The translations under genes and the position numbers were made by a program. From a virus (lineage: Duplodnaviria; Caudoviricetes): 64,000 nucleotides of DNA. Of this stretch, positions 10,036 through 20,922 are shown in pieces. The stretch covers positions 32,001-96,000 of IMG/VR virus record IMGVR_UViG_3300010346_001007; one strand, given 5' to 3'. The number at the start of each line of letters is the position of its first letter. Positions within the stretch are counted from its first letter, which is position 1. The notes beneath the pieces were generated by a model that saw only the letters and a list, made by a program, of their open reading frames with translations, ran no database searches and was not told the DNA's origin.

Positions 10036-10782
10036 ATGAAGAAACAAGTACTAGAAACATTTATTAAAAGATATTCGCTGGGGGGAGAAATAAATAAAGT
10101 TAAGTGGAAATATACGGCGGACGCAAAAACTTTACATGCTAGAGCAACGGCGGATGGAAGATGTTTTATTGCGGATGTGATTCTCCATAATTTCAGCGAT
10201 TTTGGGGATGAAGATATAGACATTTGTATTGGAGATACTGAGAAAGTAAAAGCGATGTTATCTCCATTTATAAGTGAAGATTTGCGTTTTACGATAAATA
10301 AAACCGAAAGTAGAGTATTGGGATTTTCTATATCCGACGATGATTGTGAAAGTTATTGTACCGCCGCCGATCCTTCTTCCATCGATCCGGTTGCTAAGAA
10401 TCTAAAAGAAATTCCTGATTATGATGCAATTATACCATTGAGCGGGGAATTTGTTGATAAATTTTTAAAAGCAAAAGGTGCATTAAAAGATGTAACAAAT
10501 TTTTCAGTAGGAATGAACAAAAGTGGCGAATTTGAAATGATAATTGGTTATATCACCGCTAATTCTAATCGAATTCGGTTAAAACCAACGTGTGATGATA
10601 AATATAATAAAGTTACACAGGCATTATCTTTTCCTATTAAAAATGTTGCCGAAGTATTTAAGGCAAATCGTGATATTTCAGATGGAAAATTATCTATTAA
10701 TAGTGCTGGAATTATACAAATATATTATTCAAATGCGGATTATACATGCACTTATTACCAATTTGCAAATAAGAAAATATAG
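10036..10782 (+). CDS. probable sliding clamp (gp45/PCNA-like)
   Basis: 248 aa with a two-repeat alpha/beta pattern, between polB and the clamp loader; mainly inferred from position. Confidence 0.6.
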   Translation: MKKQVLETFIKRYSLGGEINKVKWKYTADAKTLHARATADGRCFIADVILHNFSDFGDEDIDICIGDTEKVKAMLSPFISEDLRFTINKTESRVLGFSISDDDCESYCTAADPSSIDPVAKNLKEIPDYDAIIPLSGEFVDKFLKAKGALKDVTNFSVGMNKSGEFEMIIGYITANSNRIRLKPTCDDKYNKVTQALSFPIKNVAEVFKANRDISDGKLSINSAGIIQIYYSNADYTCTYYQFANKKI

Positions 10783-10784
10783 TT

Positions 10785-11042
10785 ATGATTAAATTATCTA
10801 ATTGTTATAAAACATCGGATGGTTCTATTTTTAAGGATTTGGACGATGCTCAATATCATGAAATTTATGGGTTATTGAATCTGGCTGGATTTTCATGCGG
10901 AAAAGAATTGGCCGAGGGAATAATGGCTCGTAAAAAAGAAATTATAAATATTTTATCATTAACTCCCGAATCTTTTTTAGATGATAAAACTACAGTTTCA
11001 GATAGTAAAAAGAAAGATAAACGAGTATTAATAACTGGTTAA
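10785..11042 (+). CDS. hypothetical protein
   Basis: 85-aa ORF in the same-strand run. Confidence 0.55.
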   Translation: MIKLSNCYKTSDGSIFKDLDDAQYHEIYGLLNLAGFSCGKELAEGIMARKKEIINILSLTPESFLDDKTTVSDSKKKDKRVLITG

Positions 11043-11058
11043 AAATAAATAATATAAT

Positions 11059-12027
11059 ATGTTTGATCCAAATACATTTTTTGAAATGGAAGAACGAGTA
11101 CCCGTATCCGATCATAGTTTATGGGTAGAACGGTATCGTCCCCGAAATTTTGAAGACTTCATTGGAAATTCCACTTTGAAAGAAACTTTAAAAATGTGGG
11201 TTGAGAAAAAGGACATTCCACATTTATTATTATATAGTAGTCCTGGAACGGGAAAAACATCTTTGGGAAAAATGATTGTCGATCTAATTCCTTGCGATTA
11301 TCTTATTATTAATGCCTCAGATGAGAATGGTGTGGATAGTATAAGAGATAAAGTACAAGAATTTTGCATGACAATGGGAATGCGGAATTTAAAAGTAATG
11401 TTTTTAGATGAAGCAGATCGACTCACCCCCGATGCACAAGGAATTTTGAGAAATTTGATGGAGACTTATTCTCATTCAACTCGATTTATTTTAACTTGTA
11501 ATTATAAAGATAAAATAACTCCGGCAATATGGTCCCGGTGTCAAACATTTGAAGTGCGTCCACCTTCTAAAAGTGAAGTAGCTAAACATTTGGTAGGAAT
11601 TTTGAAAAAAGAAGAAATCCAATATCAAACTGAAGATGTAGTATTTATAGTAAATAGTTATTTTCCTGATTTGAGGAAAATTATCAATTATACCCAACAA
11701 TCTTCTATTGAAGGAGAATTGAAAATTGCTCGGGCAAGTGCTGCCGAACAAGATTATAAAACTAAATTAGTCGAATTATTAAAAGAAGCCCGTACCAGAA
11801 CCAGGGTATTTGATGAAATACGTCAATTAGTAGCGGACGCTTCGTTTTCTAATTATGACGAAGTTTATCGATATTTATTTGATCATATCAATGAATATTC
11901 TCCACAGGAGAAGGTTCCTATGGTTATTTTGAACTTGGCGGAATCTATTTATCAATCAGCATTGGTGTTTGAAAGAGAAATCACTTTCGTTGCAGCAATG
12001 CATAAATTGTTAACAATATTAAAGTAA
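11059..12027 (+). CDS. clamp loader ATPase (RFC small subunit / T4 gp44-like)
   Basis: LWVERYRP, PGTGKT, INASDENG, LDEADRL, SRC. Confidence 0.92.
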   Translation: MFDPNTFFEMEERVPVSDHSLWVERYRPRNFEDFIGNSTLKETLKMWVEKKDIPHLLLYSSPGTGKTSLGKMIVDLIPCDYLIINASDENGVDSIRDKVQEFCMTMGMRNLKVMFLDEADRLTPDAQGILRNLMETYSHSTRFILTCNYKDKITPAIWSRCQTFEVRPPSKSEVAKHLVGILKKEEIQYQTEDVVFIVNSYFPDLRKIINYTQQSSIEGELKIARASAAEQDYKTKLVELLKEARTRTRVFDEIRQLVADASFSNYDEVYRYLFDHINEYSPQEKVPMVILNLAESIYQSALVFEREITFVAAMHKLLTILK

Positions 12028-12037
12028 GGATTATATT

Positions 12038-12286
12038 ATGAGTGAAATGACACAAGAACAACGTCTTAAAATTCTGGATGAAACAGTTAGAACTTTCGGA
12101 AAAAAAGAATGGTTCAGGGATGCTACGGTTTATAATAAGCATCCTTTAGATTCACAGCCAACATTGGAAATTAAAGTGAATTATCTTCCTTTATTTGAAC
12201 GAAGAGAAGTAAAGGAATTCTGTAATGCTAGAGGATTGGCCGATAGATTTGTTATTGTAGATCGGGATGGAAAACCAGTAAATTAA
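12038..12286 (+). CDS. hypothetical protein
   Basis: 82-aa ORF with upstream AAGGA. Confidence 0.55.
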   Translation: MSEMTQEQRLKILDETVRTFGKKEWFRDATVYNKHPLDSQPTLEIKVNYLPLFERREVKEFCNARGLADRFVIVDRDGKPVN

Positions 12287-12287
12287 C

Positions 12288-12926
12288 ATGAAAGAAAATA
12301 ATACAGTTATAGAAATGCCCAAGCAAAAAATGTCGGGAATTAAATCTAACAAAGGTACAAAAGGATTTTTATTTGCAAAGAAGAAGAATCTATTGAAAAA
12401 TACTCGATGTTATTTGATTGGACATATGCAATATTCTGATGGTAGAGGGTGGAGAGAAGCTATACAAAAGGAATTAAAAAATACGGGGGTAAAGTTTTAT
12501 GACCCATATAATAAACCTTTTATACATCATGTTCCGGAAGACGAAATTTCTCGTGCCGAAATGTTACACTGGATGGAAACTGAACAATATGACATGGTTT
12601 CACAACGAATGAAATCAGTAAGAGATTATGATTTAAGGTTGTGTGAATATTGCGATTGGTTTATAGCAGTCATTAAACCTACTATTGCATCTTGGGGATC
12701 TGCCGAAGAAATTTCTGCCGTTGTAAGAGCAAGAAAACCTCTTTTTTTAGTTATAGACGATCCCCGAGGAAAAAAGGCGTGCCCACTATGGTTAATGGGC
12801 GCTGTTTCCCATAAATATATCTATAATAATTTAGATGAAGTTATAGAAATGGTACGAGCCATTGACTGGGGAATAATAAAGATGAATTCAGAAAGGTGGA
12901 AATTATTATTACCAGAAATGAGATAA
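12288..12926 (+). CDS. nucleoside 2-deoxyribosyltransferase-like protein
   Basis: YLIGHM..GWRE, FYDP, DLRL..CD, GSAEE pattern. Confidence 0.65.
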   Translation: MKENNTVIEMPKQKMSGIKSNKGTKGFLFAKKKNLLKNTRCYLIGHMQYSDGRGWREAIQKELKNTGVKFYDPYNKPFIHHVPEDEISRAEMLHWMETEQYDMVSQRMKSVRDYDLRLCEYCDWFIAVIKPTIASWGSAEEISAVVRARKPLFLVIDDPRGKKACPLWLMGAVSHKYIYNNLDEVIEMVRAIDWGIIKMNSERWKLLLPEMR

Positions 12927-12932
12927 CATTAT

Positions 12933-14036
12933 ATGAGAGAATTTTTAATTCCAGCTTCCATTGGAATTTCACCCTCGATTTCATTACGAGGATTGTATTA
13001 TATTGGACAATATGGAACAAGTGGATATGCTTCGGCAGCACGAGGATATTTATTTGATTATTTTGTAAAAGGAATTCCTATCACATGGGAACCATTGTAC
13101 TTTGATAATTCACAATTAAGTGATGACGATTTTTATGATATTACAATAAAATCTTTGATTCATAAACCAATCAATAATATAGATATGGTTATTATGCACA
13201 GTACTCCCGATTTGTGGCCCGTATTTTGGAAAGAAAAAACCAAGTTATTGTCCAATAAAATTGTTGTTGGATACTGTACATGGGAAACAAACCGTCTGCC
13301 AAAACATTGGGTTAACGGTATTAATGGGTACGTTAATGAAGTGTGGTGTCCATCGACATATAATGAGACATCTTTTAAAGAGTCGGGAGTTACCTCTCAT
13401 ATAAGAGTAGTCCCTCATGTATTTTTACCAAAACCTCTTCCTCCACCCGATTTAGTTAAATTAACAAATGTATCTAATGGAGATAAAATAGAAAAGGATG
13501 GAAAATATACATTTTATACTATTGGTGAATTTAATGCACGAAAAAGTATTTCTGAAACTATACAAGCATATTGTACTGCATTTGATAGAAATGATCCTGT
13601 AAGGTTAATATTAAAAGTACATTTTCGGGGGTATCAGCAGGAAGCGAAAGTAAGATGTGAAAACGCAATTAAAGAAGAATTGAAAAAATATCCTAATCAT
13701 CCCCTGATTATTGGACTTTATGAAAATATGACTTCCAAAGAGATTTTAGGATTACATTCAATTGGTAATTGTTATGTAGGATTAACAAAGGCGGAAGGAT
13801 TTGGACTTACGATTTTTGATGCTTTTCATTATAAAAAAGAAATTATTGCAACGGGTTATAGTGGGCATATAGATTTTTTAGGAAAAAATCACCCCGGATT
13901 AGTAAGATATAAGCTGGGACCCGTGCAAGGAATGACCGAGTTTTCACCGAATTATACCGAAGATCAAATGTGGGCATATCCAGATATAGATCATGCTATT
14001 TATTTAATGAGAAAAGCAGCAAATATTAAATGTTAG
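12933..14036 (+). CDS. GT4-like glycosyltransferase
   Basis: SGYASAAR, WET, RK, AEGFGLTIFDA, ATGYSGHIDFL. Confidence 0.85.
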   Translation: MREFLIPASIGISPSISLRGLYYIGQYGTSGYASAARGYLFDYFVKGIPITWEPLYFDNSQLSDDDFYDITIKSLIHKPINNIDMVIMHSTPDLWPVFWKEKTKLLSNKIVVGYCTWETNRLPKHWVNGINGYVNEVWCPSTYNETSFKESGVTSHIRVVPHVFLPKPLPPPDLVKLTNVSNGDKIEKDGKYTFYTIGEFNARKSISETIQAYCTAFDRNDPVRLILKVHFRGYQQEAKVRCENAIKEELKKYPNHPLIIGLYENMTSKEILGLHSIGNCYVGLTKAEGFGLTIFDAFHYKKEIIATGYSGHIDFLGKNHPGLVRYKLGPVQGMTEFSPNYTEDQMWAYPDIDHAIYLMRKAANIKC

Positions 14037-14064
14037 ATTAAAAATATATAAGGAGAAATTAAAT

Positions 14065-14601
14065 ATGAAAGGAAGAAGTCTTACGGGTTCAAGTATTACA
14101 AATTGTTTTTCGGATTTTCTTTTAAAATATGAAGGAAATTATTTAGAAATTGGAATTTTTGATGGATATAATTTATGTCTAGTGGCTAAATCTATTCCAC
14201 TTAAAATTTGCTATGGAATTGATCCGTTTATTTCCGATGGTCACATTGGATATGAAAAAGGAACTCCTATTCCCGAACACGAAAAAAATTGTAAAGAAAA
14301 TATGCAGGAAGTTCCCAATACTAAATTATTTAGAGTGACTTCGGAAGAGTTTTTAAAAAATCTTACTGATGAAATGATTAACGAAATGAATGTTTCGGCG
14401 GTGTATATAGATGGATCACATCATTTTCCCGATGTAATTATAGATATTGAATTAGCAATAAAACTTATAGGGTCTAAACCGGGACTTATAATTTTTGATG
14501 ATTTACATATATCTGATGTCAAAGAAGGAATTAAATGGGGAATGGAAAAATATCCGGAACATTTGCGTTCTATATCAAGTACTCATTATATAAATATATG
14601 A
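14065..14601 (+). CDS. class I SAM methyltransferase (Methyltransf_24-like)
   Basis: YLEIGIFDG, YIDGSH, IIFDD. Confidence 0.8.
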   Translation: MKGRSLTGSSITNCFSDFLLKYEGNYLEIGIFDGYNLCLVAKSIPLKICYGIDPFISDGHIGYEKGTPIPEHEKNCKENMQEVPNTKLFRVTSEEFLKNLTDEMINEMNVSAVYIDGSHHFPDVIIDIELAIKLIGSKPGLIIFDDLHISDVKEGIKWGMEKYPEHLRSISSTHYINI

Positions 14602-15293
14602 AATTTAATATCAATAGGATTATAACAAAAGTCCAGATTCCTATTATCCGCATTTGTAATCAAAGATGTCCTAATTGTTGTGCTAGACATGAGCTTACTT
14701 GGTATAATAAAAATTTAAATAAAGAAAAAGAAGTTTCATTAGAAGAATTAAAGTGGGCTGGAGAATTGTTAGGATATATACCAGAAATAGAAATTACGGG
14801 TGGCGAGCCAACTTTGCATTCACAATTTGAAGAGTTGACTAATAATTTAAGAAATTATTTTAATTATAAAAAAATAATGTTGGTTTCTAATGGATTTTTA
14901 TTTGGAAAAGATCCTTCTAAATTACCTTTGTTATTAAAATATGATCGGTATTATTTTACTCATTATACCAATCAATTTGATAAAGAAAACAAAACTGGTA
15001 CAAATACAAAGACCATAGAAATGATAACAGAGTACATTAAAAAAAATATAAGACCAAAATGGCTCCCCGTTGATGTTTCTAGTCACATTATTTATGGTTC
15101 ACCCCCGTATCCAGGAAGATCATGTGAACGAAACAATTCTAATATGATTTCTTATTATGAAGGAAAATTATATGGATGTTGTATTGCTTGGTCGTTAGAA
15201 AATAAAGGAATAGGAATACCTCTAACTAAAAATTGGCGAAACGAATTACATAACATCGAATTACCATGTGAAAGTTGTTTTTTATCAGTATAA
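14598..15293 (+). CDS. radical SAM protein
   Basis: CNQRCPNC (CX3CX2C), ITGGEPTLH, VSNG, C-terminal Cys cluster. Confidence 0.85.
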   Translation: MKFNINRIITKVQIPIIRICNQRCPNCCARHELTWYNKNLNKEKEVSLEELKWAGELLGYIPEIEITGGEPTLHSQFEELTNNLRNYFNYKKIMLVSNGFLFGKDPSKLPLLLKYDRYYFTHYTNQFDKENKTGTNTKTIEMITEYIKKNIRPKWLPVDVSSHIIYGSPPYPGRSCERNNSNMISYYEGKLYGCCIAWSLENKGIGIPLTKNWRNELHNIELPCESCFLSV

Positions 15294-15297
15294 ATAT

Positions 15298-15963
15298 ATG
15301 ATTATAACAAAAAATGATATTACATTTAAAGTTGAAGGACATCATAGTTGGTTTTTTGAAACATATGTGAAAGAAACATGGGAACCTCACACATGGAAAA
15401 TTTTAAAAGAATATGTTTCTAAAGAAACGATATTTTTTGATATAGGTGCTTGGATAGGAATTATTACATTGCCAGTTTCATATGTAGCAAAAATGTGCTA
15501 TTCTTTTGAACCTGATCCTTTAGCATTTAAAACTTGTCAAAATAATATTTTATTAAATTCCAGAGAAAATGTTAAGTTATACAATATGGCAATAACTAAT
15601 TATACTGGAAACATGAGTTTAGGAAATTTATACGAGTTGGGAGATAGTAGAACTAAACGAAACACTAAGAAGAATGAATTTGTAGTATCATGTACTTCTC
15701 TCAGCGAATTTTGTCAAAAAGAAAACATTGAACGAGTAGATTTTATTAAAATAGATGTAGAAGGTTCAGAAGAATTAATTTTAAAGGATTTTACTTTTTT
15801 CGAGAAATATAATCCTATAGTATATCTTAGTTTACATCCTGATTGGATAGATGATAAGAATGAATTTACTTCTAATATAAATCGATTAAAATCTTTATAT
15901 ACTAAAGTGAAGGAATACGAACCGACATATAAAAATTTTAATGAAATGTTATTTATAAATTAA
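15298..15963 (+). CDS. FkbM-family methyltransferase
   Basis: FDIGAWIG, FEP, IKIDVEGSE. Confidence 0.88.
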   Translation: MIITKNDITFKVEGHHSWFFETYVKETWEPHTWKILKEYVSKETIFFDIGAWIGIITLPVSYVAKMCYSFEPDPLAFKTCQNNILLNSRENVKLYNMAITNYTGNMSLGNLYELGDSRTKRNTKKNEFVVSCTSLSEFCQKENIERVDFIKIDVEGSEELILKDFTFFEKYNPIVYLSLHPDWIDDKNEFTSNINRLKSLYTKVKEYEPTYKNFNEMLFIN

Positions 15964-15992
15964 GTTAATAAATTTAAAACGAAAGGAATCTA

Positions 15993-16637
15993 ATGCCAAT
16001 TAATGATTTAGATAAGTATTTTATACTACATAAAACGGATAAGGCTTCAACAGATCACAATTATTCTGTACCGTATTTTATGTTTTTTAATTCCGTACGA
16101 AATTCACCGATAAAATTACTTGAATTTGGAATATACAAGGGGGCTTCAGTTAAAGCATGGAAAGATTTCTTTCCTTCGGCAACTATTGTTGGTGTAGATA
16201 TAGATGCACAATGTCGTCAATATGAAGAAGAAAGAATACATGTAGAAATTGGAGACATGACAAATGGGTTATTTTTGAATGACCTACATCAAAAATATGG
16301 TGGATTCGATATTATTATTGATGATGCCGCACATTTTTGGAGACATCAAATAGAAGCTTTTCATTTTATGTTTCCATTATTAAATCCAGGAGGATTTTAT
16401 TCTATTGAAGATTTGCATACATCGTATTTATTTGGAAGTGTATATGATACTGGAAGACCAACTACTGTTGAAGTTTTAAACGATGTAATAAATCAATTAC
16501 ATTTGAATGGGAAAAGTTCTAACGGAGTAAAAGAAATTGGAAATAAGCCCCTTACATATTATGAGAATTGGTTAGAATATATGTTTTTATTTAAAGGAAT
16601 TTGTATAATGAAAAAAAGGAATTCTCCATTAAGATAA
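15993..16637 (+). CDS. sugar O-methyltransferase-like (MycE/TylE-like)
   Basis: TDK..HNY, LLEFGIYKGAS, GVDI, DIIIDDAAH, IEDLHTSY. Confidence 0.78.
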   Translation: MPINDLDKYFILHKTDKASTDHNYSVPYFMFFNSVRNSPIKLLEFGIYKGASVKAWKDFFPSATIVGVDIDAQCRQYEEERIHVEIGDMTNGLFLNDLHQKYGGFDIIIDDAAHFWRHQIEAFHFMFPLLNPGGFYSIEDLHTSYLFGSVYDTGRPTTVEVLNDVINQLHLNGKSSNGVKEIGNKPLTYYENWLEYMFLFKGICIMKKRNSPLR

Positions 16638-16641
16638 AATT

Positions 16642-17301
16642 ATGAATGATATTGATTATTATAAATTATTGGGTATTAAATCTCCTTACACAAGATTTAA
16701 AAACAAATTTGATTTAAAACAAGTTATGCGAGGATGGAATGGAAATAACCCATTTTTATCTAACATTGTAAAGGAAAAACGGCCCAATTCCATAATAGAA
16801 GTAGGTAGTTTTTTGGGATTGTCAACAATTACAATGGCGAAAGCTTGTAAGGAGTGTAATTTAAATACAAAGATTTTATGTGTAGATACATGGTTAGGGT
16901 CTCCGGAACATTGGCGTTCGGATCAATGTAATTTATTAAATTTATACGATTATTTTGAGAATGGGATTTCGGCCATGTATGATCAATTTATAATTAATAT
17001 GATTGTTAATAAAATAGACGATATGGTTATTCCTATTCCGAACACTTCAAAAAATGCATTTAATATTTTACAATTAAAAAATGTTAAAGTAGATATGGTA
17101 TATATAGATGGTAGTCATGATACTGATGATGTTTATAATGATATTATATTATATTTTAAATTACTTAATAAAAATGGATATATGTTTGGTGATGATTATG
17201 GTGGATGGGAAAGTGTAAGGAAAGGTGTTCATTTAGCATTAGAAAAAATCAATGGAAAATTAGAAATTCATGACAATTTGTTTTGGAGTATTAAATTATG
17301 A
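16642..17301 (+). CDS. class I SAM methyltransferase (Methyltransf_24-like)
   Basis: IEVGSFLGLS, VDTWLGS, YIDGSH, GDDY. Confidence 0.82.
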   Translation: MNDIDYYKLLGIKSPYTRFKNKFDLKQVMRGWNGNNPFLSNIVKEKRPNSIIEVGSFLGLSTITMAKACKECNLNTKILCVDTWLGSPEHWRSDQCNLLNLYDYFENGISAMYDQFIINMIVNKIDDMVIPIPNTSKNAFNILQLKNVKVDMVYIDGSHDTDDVYNDIILYFKLLNKNGYMFGDDYGGWESVRKGVHLALEKINGKLEIHDNLFWSIKL

Positions 17302-18371
17302 ATATATTTGCTACTTCATTATGGACTCCCTATACTGGAATAGAATTTTCTGAAGATAAATATATAACTAATGCGTTATGGCGTGATGTTTTATTAAAAT
17401 ATGGAAATATAACTTTTACTGAATTAGAAAAAAGTCAACTGGTATTTTTATTTATTTCATTTACTGGAGAAAAATTTAAATTTGATGAATCGTTGGCTAA
17501 TAAAATTGAATTTTTACAAATACCCATTATAATTTTTGATTATTCTGAGTACGGTCAAGATGGAGCATGGGATAGATTATTTGAATATAATATTTTTGGT
17601 TATAATACCGAGTATTATAATATATTGAATAGAAAAGACTCATTGTTATTGCACGGGTTCCTTGAACGAAATCAACATCTTATTAAATGTTATTTTAAGA
17701 GGGAATTAAATAATAATACAGACAATTCAAAAATTCCATTTAAAGTATTTCCAATAGAATATATAAGTGATAATTATATTTATAATAATCTGGCACAAAC
17801 TTCAGATGAATATTTTAATCGGAAAATTCATTATTCTTTTATTGGTGGAAGTACTAATCGTTCTCGTATAAAATTATATGGAAATATACTAAAAAACATA
17901 GATAAATTTCGTTGTGAAGTTGCGACATCATTTAAACAATGTGATAAAAGATTAGAAGAAAATTCCCATTTTATTTTTTTAAATCATGTTCAATGGTATG
18001 AGCGCACGGAATATAAAAAATTGTTAGAATATCAATTAAATACACGGGTTGTTATGGATATGTATGGATGTGGATTAAAATGTTTTCGCAATGTTGAATC
18101 TACATATAATTCTCTTTCGGCTAAACAGGATCCTACAGTATTAAAATTTACACATCCTTGGATTGATAAAGAAAATTGTATTGTCTTACCAAATAAACCT
18201 GGTACATTATTAATAGATGAAAAATTATCAGTAGAAATTTTATTATACTATCGAAAAAATCAGCATTTACTTTATCCCATATATTTAAAAAGTTTAGATA
18301 CTAATAAATTATATTCTCCGGCGAATTATGTTCCTAATCATGTCATGAAAAATATTAAAGAGAGTTTATGA
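17298..18371 (+). CDS. putative glycosyltransferase (GT-B-like)
   Basis: YFKREL, SFIG..R, GCGLKCFR; cluster context. Confidence 0.45.
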   Translation: MNIFATSLWTPYTGIEFSEDKYITNALWRDVLLKYGNITFTELEKSQLVFLFISFTGEKFKFDESLANKIEFLQIPIIIFDYSEYGQDGAWDRLFEYNIFGYNTEYYNILNRKDSLLLHGFLERNQHLIKCYFKRELNNNTDNSKIPFKVFPIEYISDNYIYNNLAQTSDEYFNRKIHYSFIGGSTNRSRIKLYGNILKNIDKFRCEVATSFKQCDKRLEENSHFIFLNHVQWYERTEYKKLLEYQLNTRVVMDMYGCGLKCFRNVESTYNSLSAKQDPTVLKFTHPWIDKENCIVLPNKPGTLLIDEKLSVEILLYYRKNQHLLYPIYLKSLDTNKLYSPANYVPNHVMKNIKESL

Positions 18372-18955
18372 ATAAAAAAAATATTTTAATTACTGGTAGT
18401 GGGCCACATTTACCAGAGTGGTGGGATAAGAATGTAGATAAAATAAAAGATTATGAAGTTATATCTATTAATACTTCTATTTGTATAACTAAAGAAAGAT
18501 GTAATCGATGGATAAAGTCGGAAGATTATTATTATTATCATAAAGACTTAGTTGAAACTTTAAGTTTATTAGAAAAAAAATTAAAGCCTTTTGATAAATG
18601 TAAAGGAATTCCTATAATTCCAGTAGCAAATTATGATTGGCCATTTAAATATAAAAGAAATGGAAGCGGCGGAATAATGTTTTTTAATGTATTAGAGGGA
18701 GTAATAAATGAAGCATTTTGGTATAATAATATAAAAGAAATAAATATCGTAGGATGTGATTTAATATATAAAAGTGGAAAAATTAATCATTTTTATGGAA
18801 AATCGGGAACTAATGATCCGATGCGAATGGGAATTCGGTGGATTGAATATAATTTAAAAATGTTTAAACATGCATTTAAATTATTAAATATTCCTGTTTA
18901 TAATTTATCTTTATCGGAGGAAACATTGCTACCTTTTCCTCGAAAAATTTTGTGA
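18368..18955 (+). CDS. putative sugar-nucleotide transferase (Maf/DUF115/sialyltransferase-like fold)
   Basis: ILITGSGP, ISIN, SG, INIVGCDL..HFY. Confidence 0.55.
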   Translation: MNKKNILITGSGPHLPEWWDKNVDKIKDYEVISINTSICITKERCNRWIKSEDYYYYHKDLVETLSLLEKKLKPFDKCKGIPIIPVANYDWPFKYKRNGSGGIMFFNVLEGVINEAFWYNNIKEINIVGCDLIYKSGKINHFYGKSGTNDPMRMGIRWIEYNLKMFKHAFKLLNIPVYNLSLSEETLLPFPRKIL

Positions 18956-19965
18956 AAATACATTTTAGTGATAATAATCATATATGGCCCCGAATGGGGC
19001 CATTTATCAATACATTAAAGCAGGAAAGACATATTGTTTCATATACATTTGATAGATCTTGTCCTTCTAATGTTGATATATGGTTTATTGATTATCATAA
19101 GCGATTGTGGTGGGAAGATATAGTTAAACAAAATAATTTATTAAAAGATATAATCAGTAATTTTAAAGGTAAAATAGTACTTTATTCATTAGATGATAAT
19201 GGGTGGTATCCAGTACAAGGATTACATGCCGATATATTGCATAGAATAAATGCATTAATGGTATTTATTAAGTCTGATTATGATAAATGTAAATCTCCCA
19301 TATTAAATTCTAAAATTATTACTATTCCTCGTTATTTGTGTAATCACAGAGAATTTAATAATAAAATTATTAAAATTCCTCAAATATTCTTTATAGGAAA
19401 TTTGACGGGTGGATATAAGATGGGAGGAAAAAATTGGCGTGTAGAAGCCATGAAATTAATACAAAATTCATTAATAATAAAAAATAAATTTATTGGTGGA
19501 ATTGTAGGTAAAGAAATAATTGATGTAAAGCAAAATGAAGAATACAATAAAACGTTTTTTGATTTAATAGTTCCACCAATTTCTGAAATTGAAAATATTA
19601 GAAGACTTGAAGAAAGTTTAATTACTTTATGTATCCCGGGGAATACAATATGGTCATATCGATTTCCGTTAGCAATGCAATTAAAAACGACCATTATAAC
19701 AATGGAAGGATTAAAAAAGGATCCAGGAGAATGGATGTATAACAATGTATTTTCTGATGAATTTTATTATGTTAAACCGGATTTATCTAATTTCATAGAA
19801 ATTTGTAAATATGCATTGGAAAATATAGAAGAAACTAAGGATAAAGCTGAACGAGCATATCAATTATATAATAAATATTTTAGATTAGAATCCGGTGGTT
19901 TTTATATGCCTCATGTATGGAAAGAAGTAAAAGATAAATTTGAGCGATTAGGAGTAAACTTATAA
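18952..19965 (+). CDS. putative glycosyltransferase (GT90/CAP10-like)
   Basis: FFIGNLTG..R, GNTIWSYRF, YYVKPDLSN. Confidence 0.55.
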   Translation: MKIHFSDNNHIWPRMGPFINTLKQERHIVSYTFDRSCPSNVDIWFIDYHKRLWWEDIVKQNNLLKDIISNFKGKIVLYSLDDNGWYPVQGLHADILHRINALMVFIKSDYDKCKSPILNSKIITIPRYLCNHREFNNKIIKIPQIFFIGNLTGGYKMGGKNWRVEAMKLIQNSLIIKNKFIGGIVGKEIIDVKQNEEYNKTFFDLIVPPISEIENIRRLEESLITLCIPGNTIWSYRFPLAMQLKTTIITMEGLKKDPGEWMYNNVFSDEFYYVKPDLSNFIEICKYALENIEETKDKAERAYQLYNKYFRLESGGFYMPHVWKEVKDKFERLGVNL

Positions 19966-20010
19966 TTAAATTCGTTAAGAGTTTGGTATTATATAATTAT
20001 ATTTATAAGC

Positions 20011-20649
20011 ATGAGTAAAAAGACAGTTAAAAAACCAGTTAAAGAGAATTTTTTTGAACCCGCCGTTGGCGGGGCGGCAGGAGCCGTTAATGTTCAACCG
20101 GGGTGGGGGACATTTGCTTCCCCAAATGTGCAGCAACATCCTTCGCATTTTGGGTTTGACCATAAGCATATTAATTCTAAAGGAAACACTAGGTCGGATA
20201 ATTTATATAATTCGGCATATTTGCAAAAAGATATAGATCAAATATATAGTCGCCCAACTACACCAACTCCCGATGAAATAGTTACTGGCATTCAATATGA
20301 ATTGGGACAAATGAATAAAAAAGATTTAGCTTTAGCCAAACAGAATGTTGTAATGAATTTAAAAAGAAATCCGAAATATTATTCGGAATTGAAAATGTTA
20401 AATATAACTGATGATGATATGACTAAAAATATGATGGACCCTCCGGCACAACCTCTTTATGAAAAAAAGCATCCTAATGATGCTCCGGCAAAAACTAAAA
20501 TTTCTACTAATTTAGAAGAAACCAAGAAAATTCTGGCCGATTTATCAAAAGGAAAAGATCAAAAATATGTTGTAAATAAAGGAATTGCCGATGTAATGAA
20601 AGAAATGTGGGAGAAAAAGAAGGCTCGCAATTTATGGAAAAAGGTGTAA
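20011..20649 (+). CDS. hypothetical protein, possibly virion-associated
   Basis: 212-aa ORF preceded by TATTTATA. Confidence 0.6.
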   Translation: MSKKTVKKPVKENFFEPAVGGAAGAVNVQPGWGTFASPNVQQHPSHFGFDHKHINSKGNTRSDNLYNSAYLQKDIDQIYSRPTTPTPDEIVTGIQYELGQMNKKDLALAKQNVVMNLKRNPKYYSELKMLNITDDDMTKNMMDPPAQPLYEKKHPNDAPAKTKISTNLEETKKILADLSKGKDQKYVVNKGIADVMKEMWEKKKARNLWKKV

Positions 20650-20650
20650 T

Positions 20651-20914
20651 ATGGCCGATCCAAACGAATATTATCATCCAAAACCTCCCGGAAATGCTCC
20701 ATATGACCCCTCCGTGGGAGATCCGGCTATGATGAAAGATTGTCGGTGGAGAATCAAATGGTTTAACGAAAATACGGGAAGTAAAGTATGGGGACTTGGT
20801 TCTGGGCAAGAATTCCCTAAATTAAGACAAGCTTCTAATATGCATGGAACTCGTGTTTTGGATGCCGGACAAGCAACTCCGGGAAGAAAGTTGCATGTTG
20901 TAAAACAGAAATAA
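20651..20914 (+). CDS. hypothetical protein
   Basis: 87-aa ORF starting immediately after the previous stop. Confidence 0.55.
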   Translation: MADPNEYYHPKPPGNAPYDPSVGDPAMMKDCRWRIKWFNENTGSKVWGLGSGQEFPKLRQASNMHGTRVLDAGQATPGRKLHVVKQK

Positions 20915-20922
20915 TTATTGAA

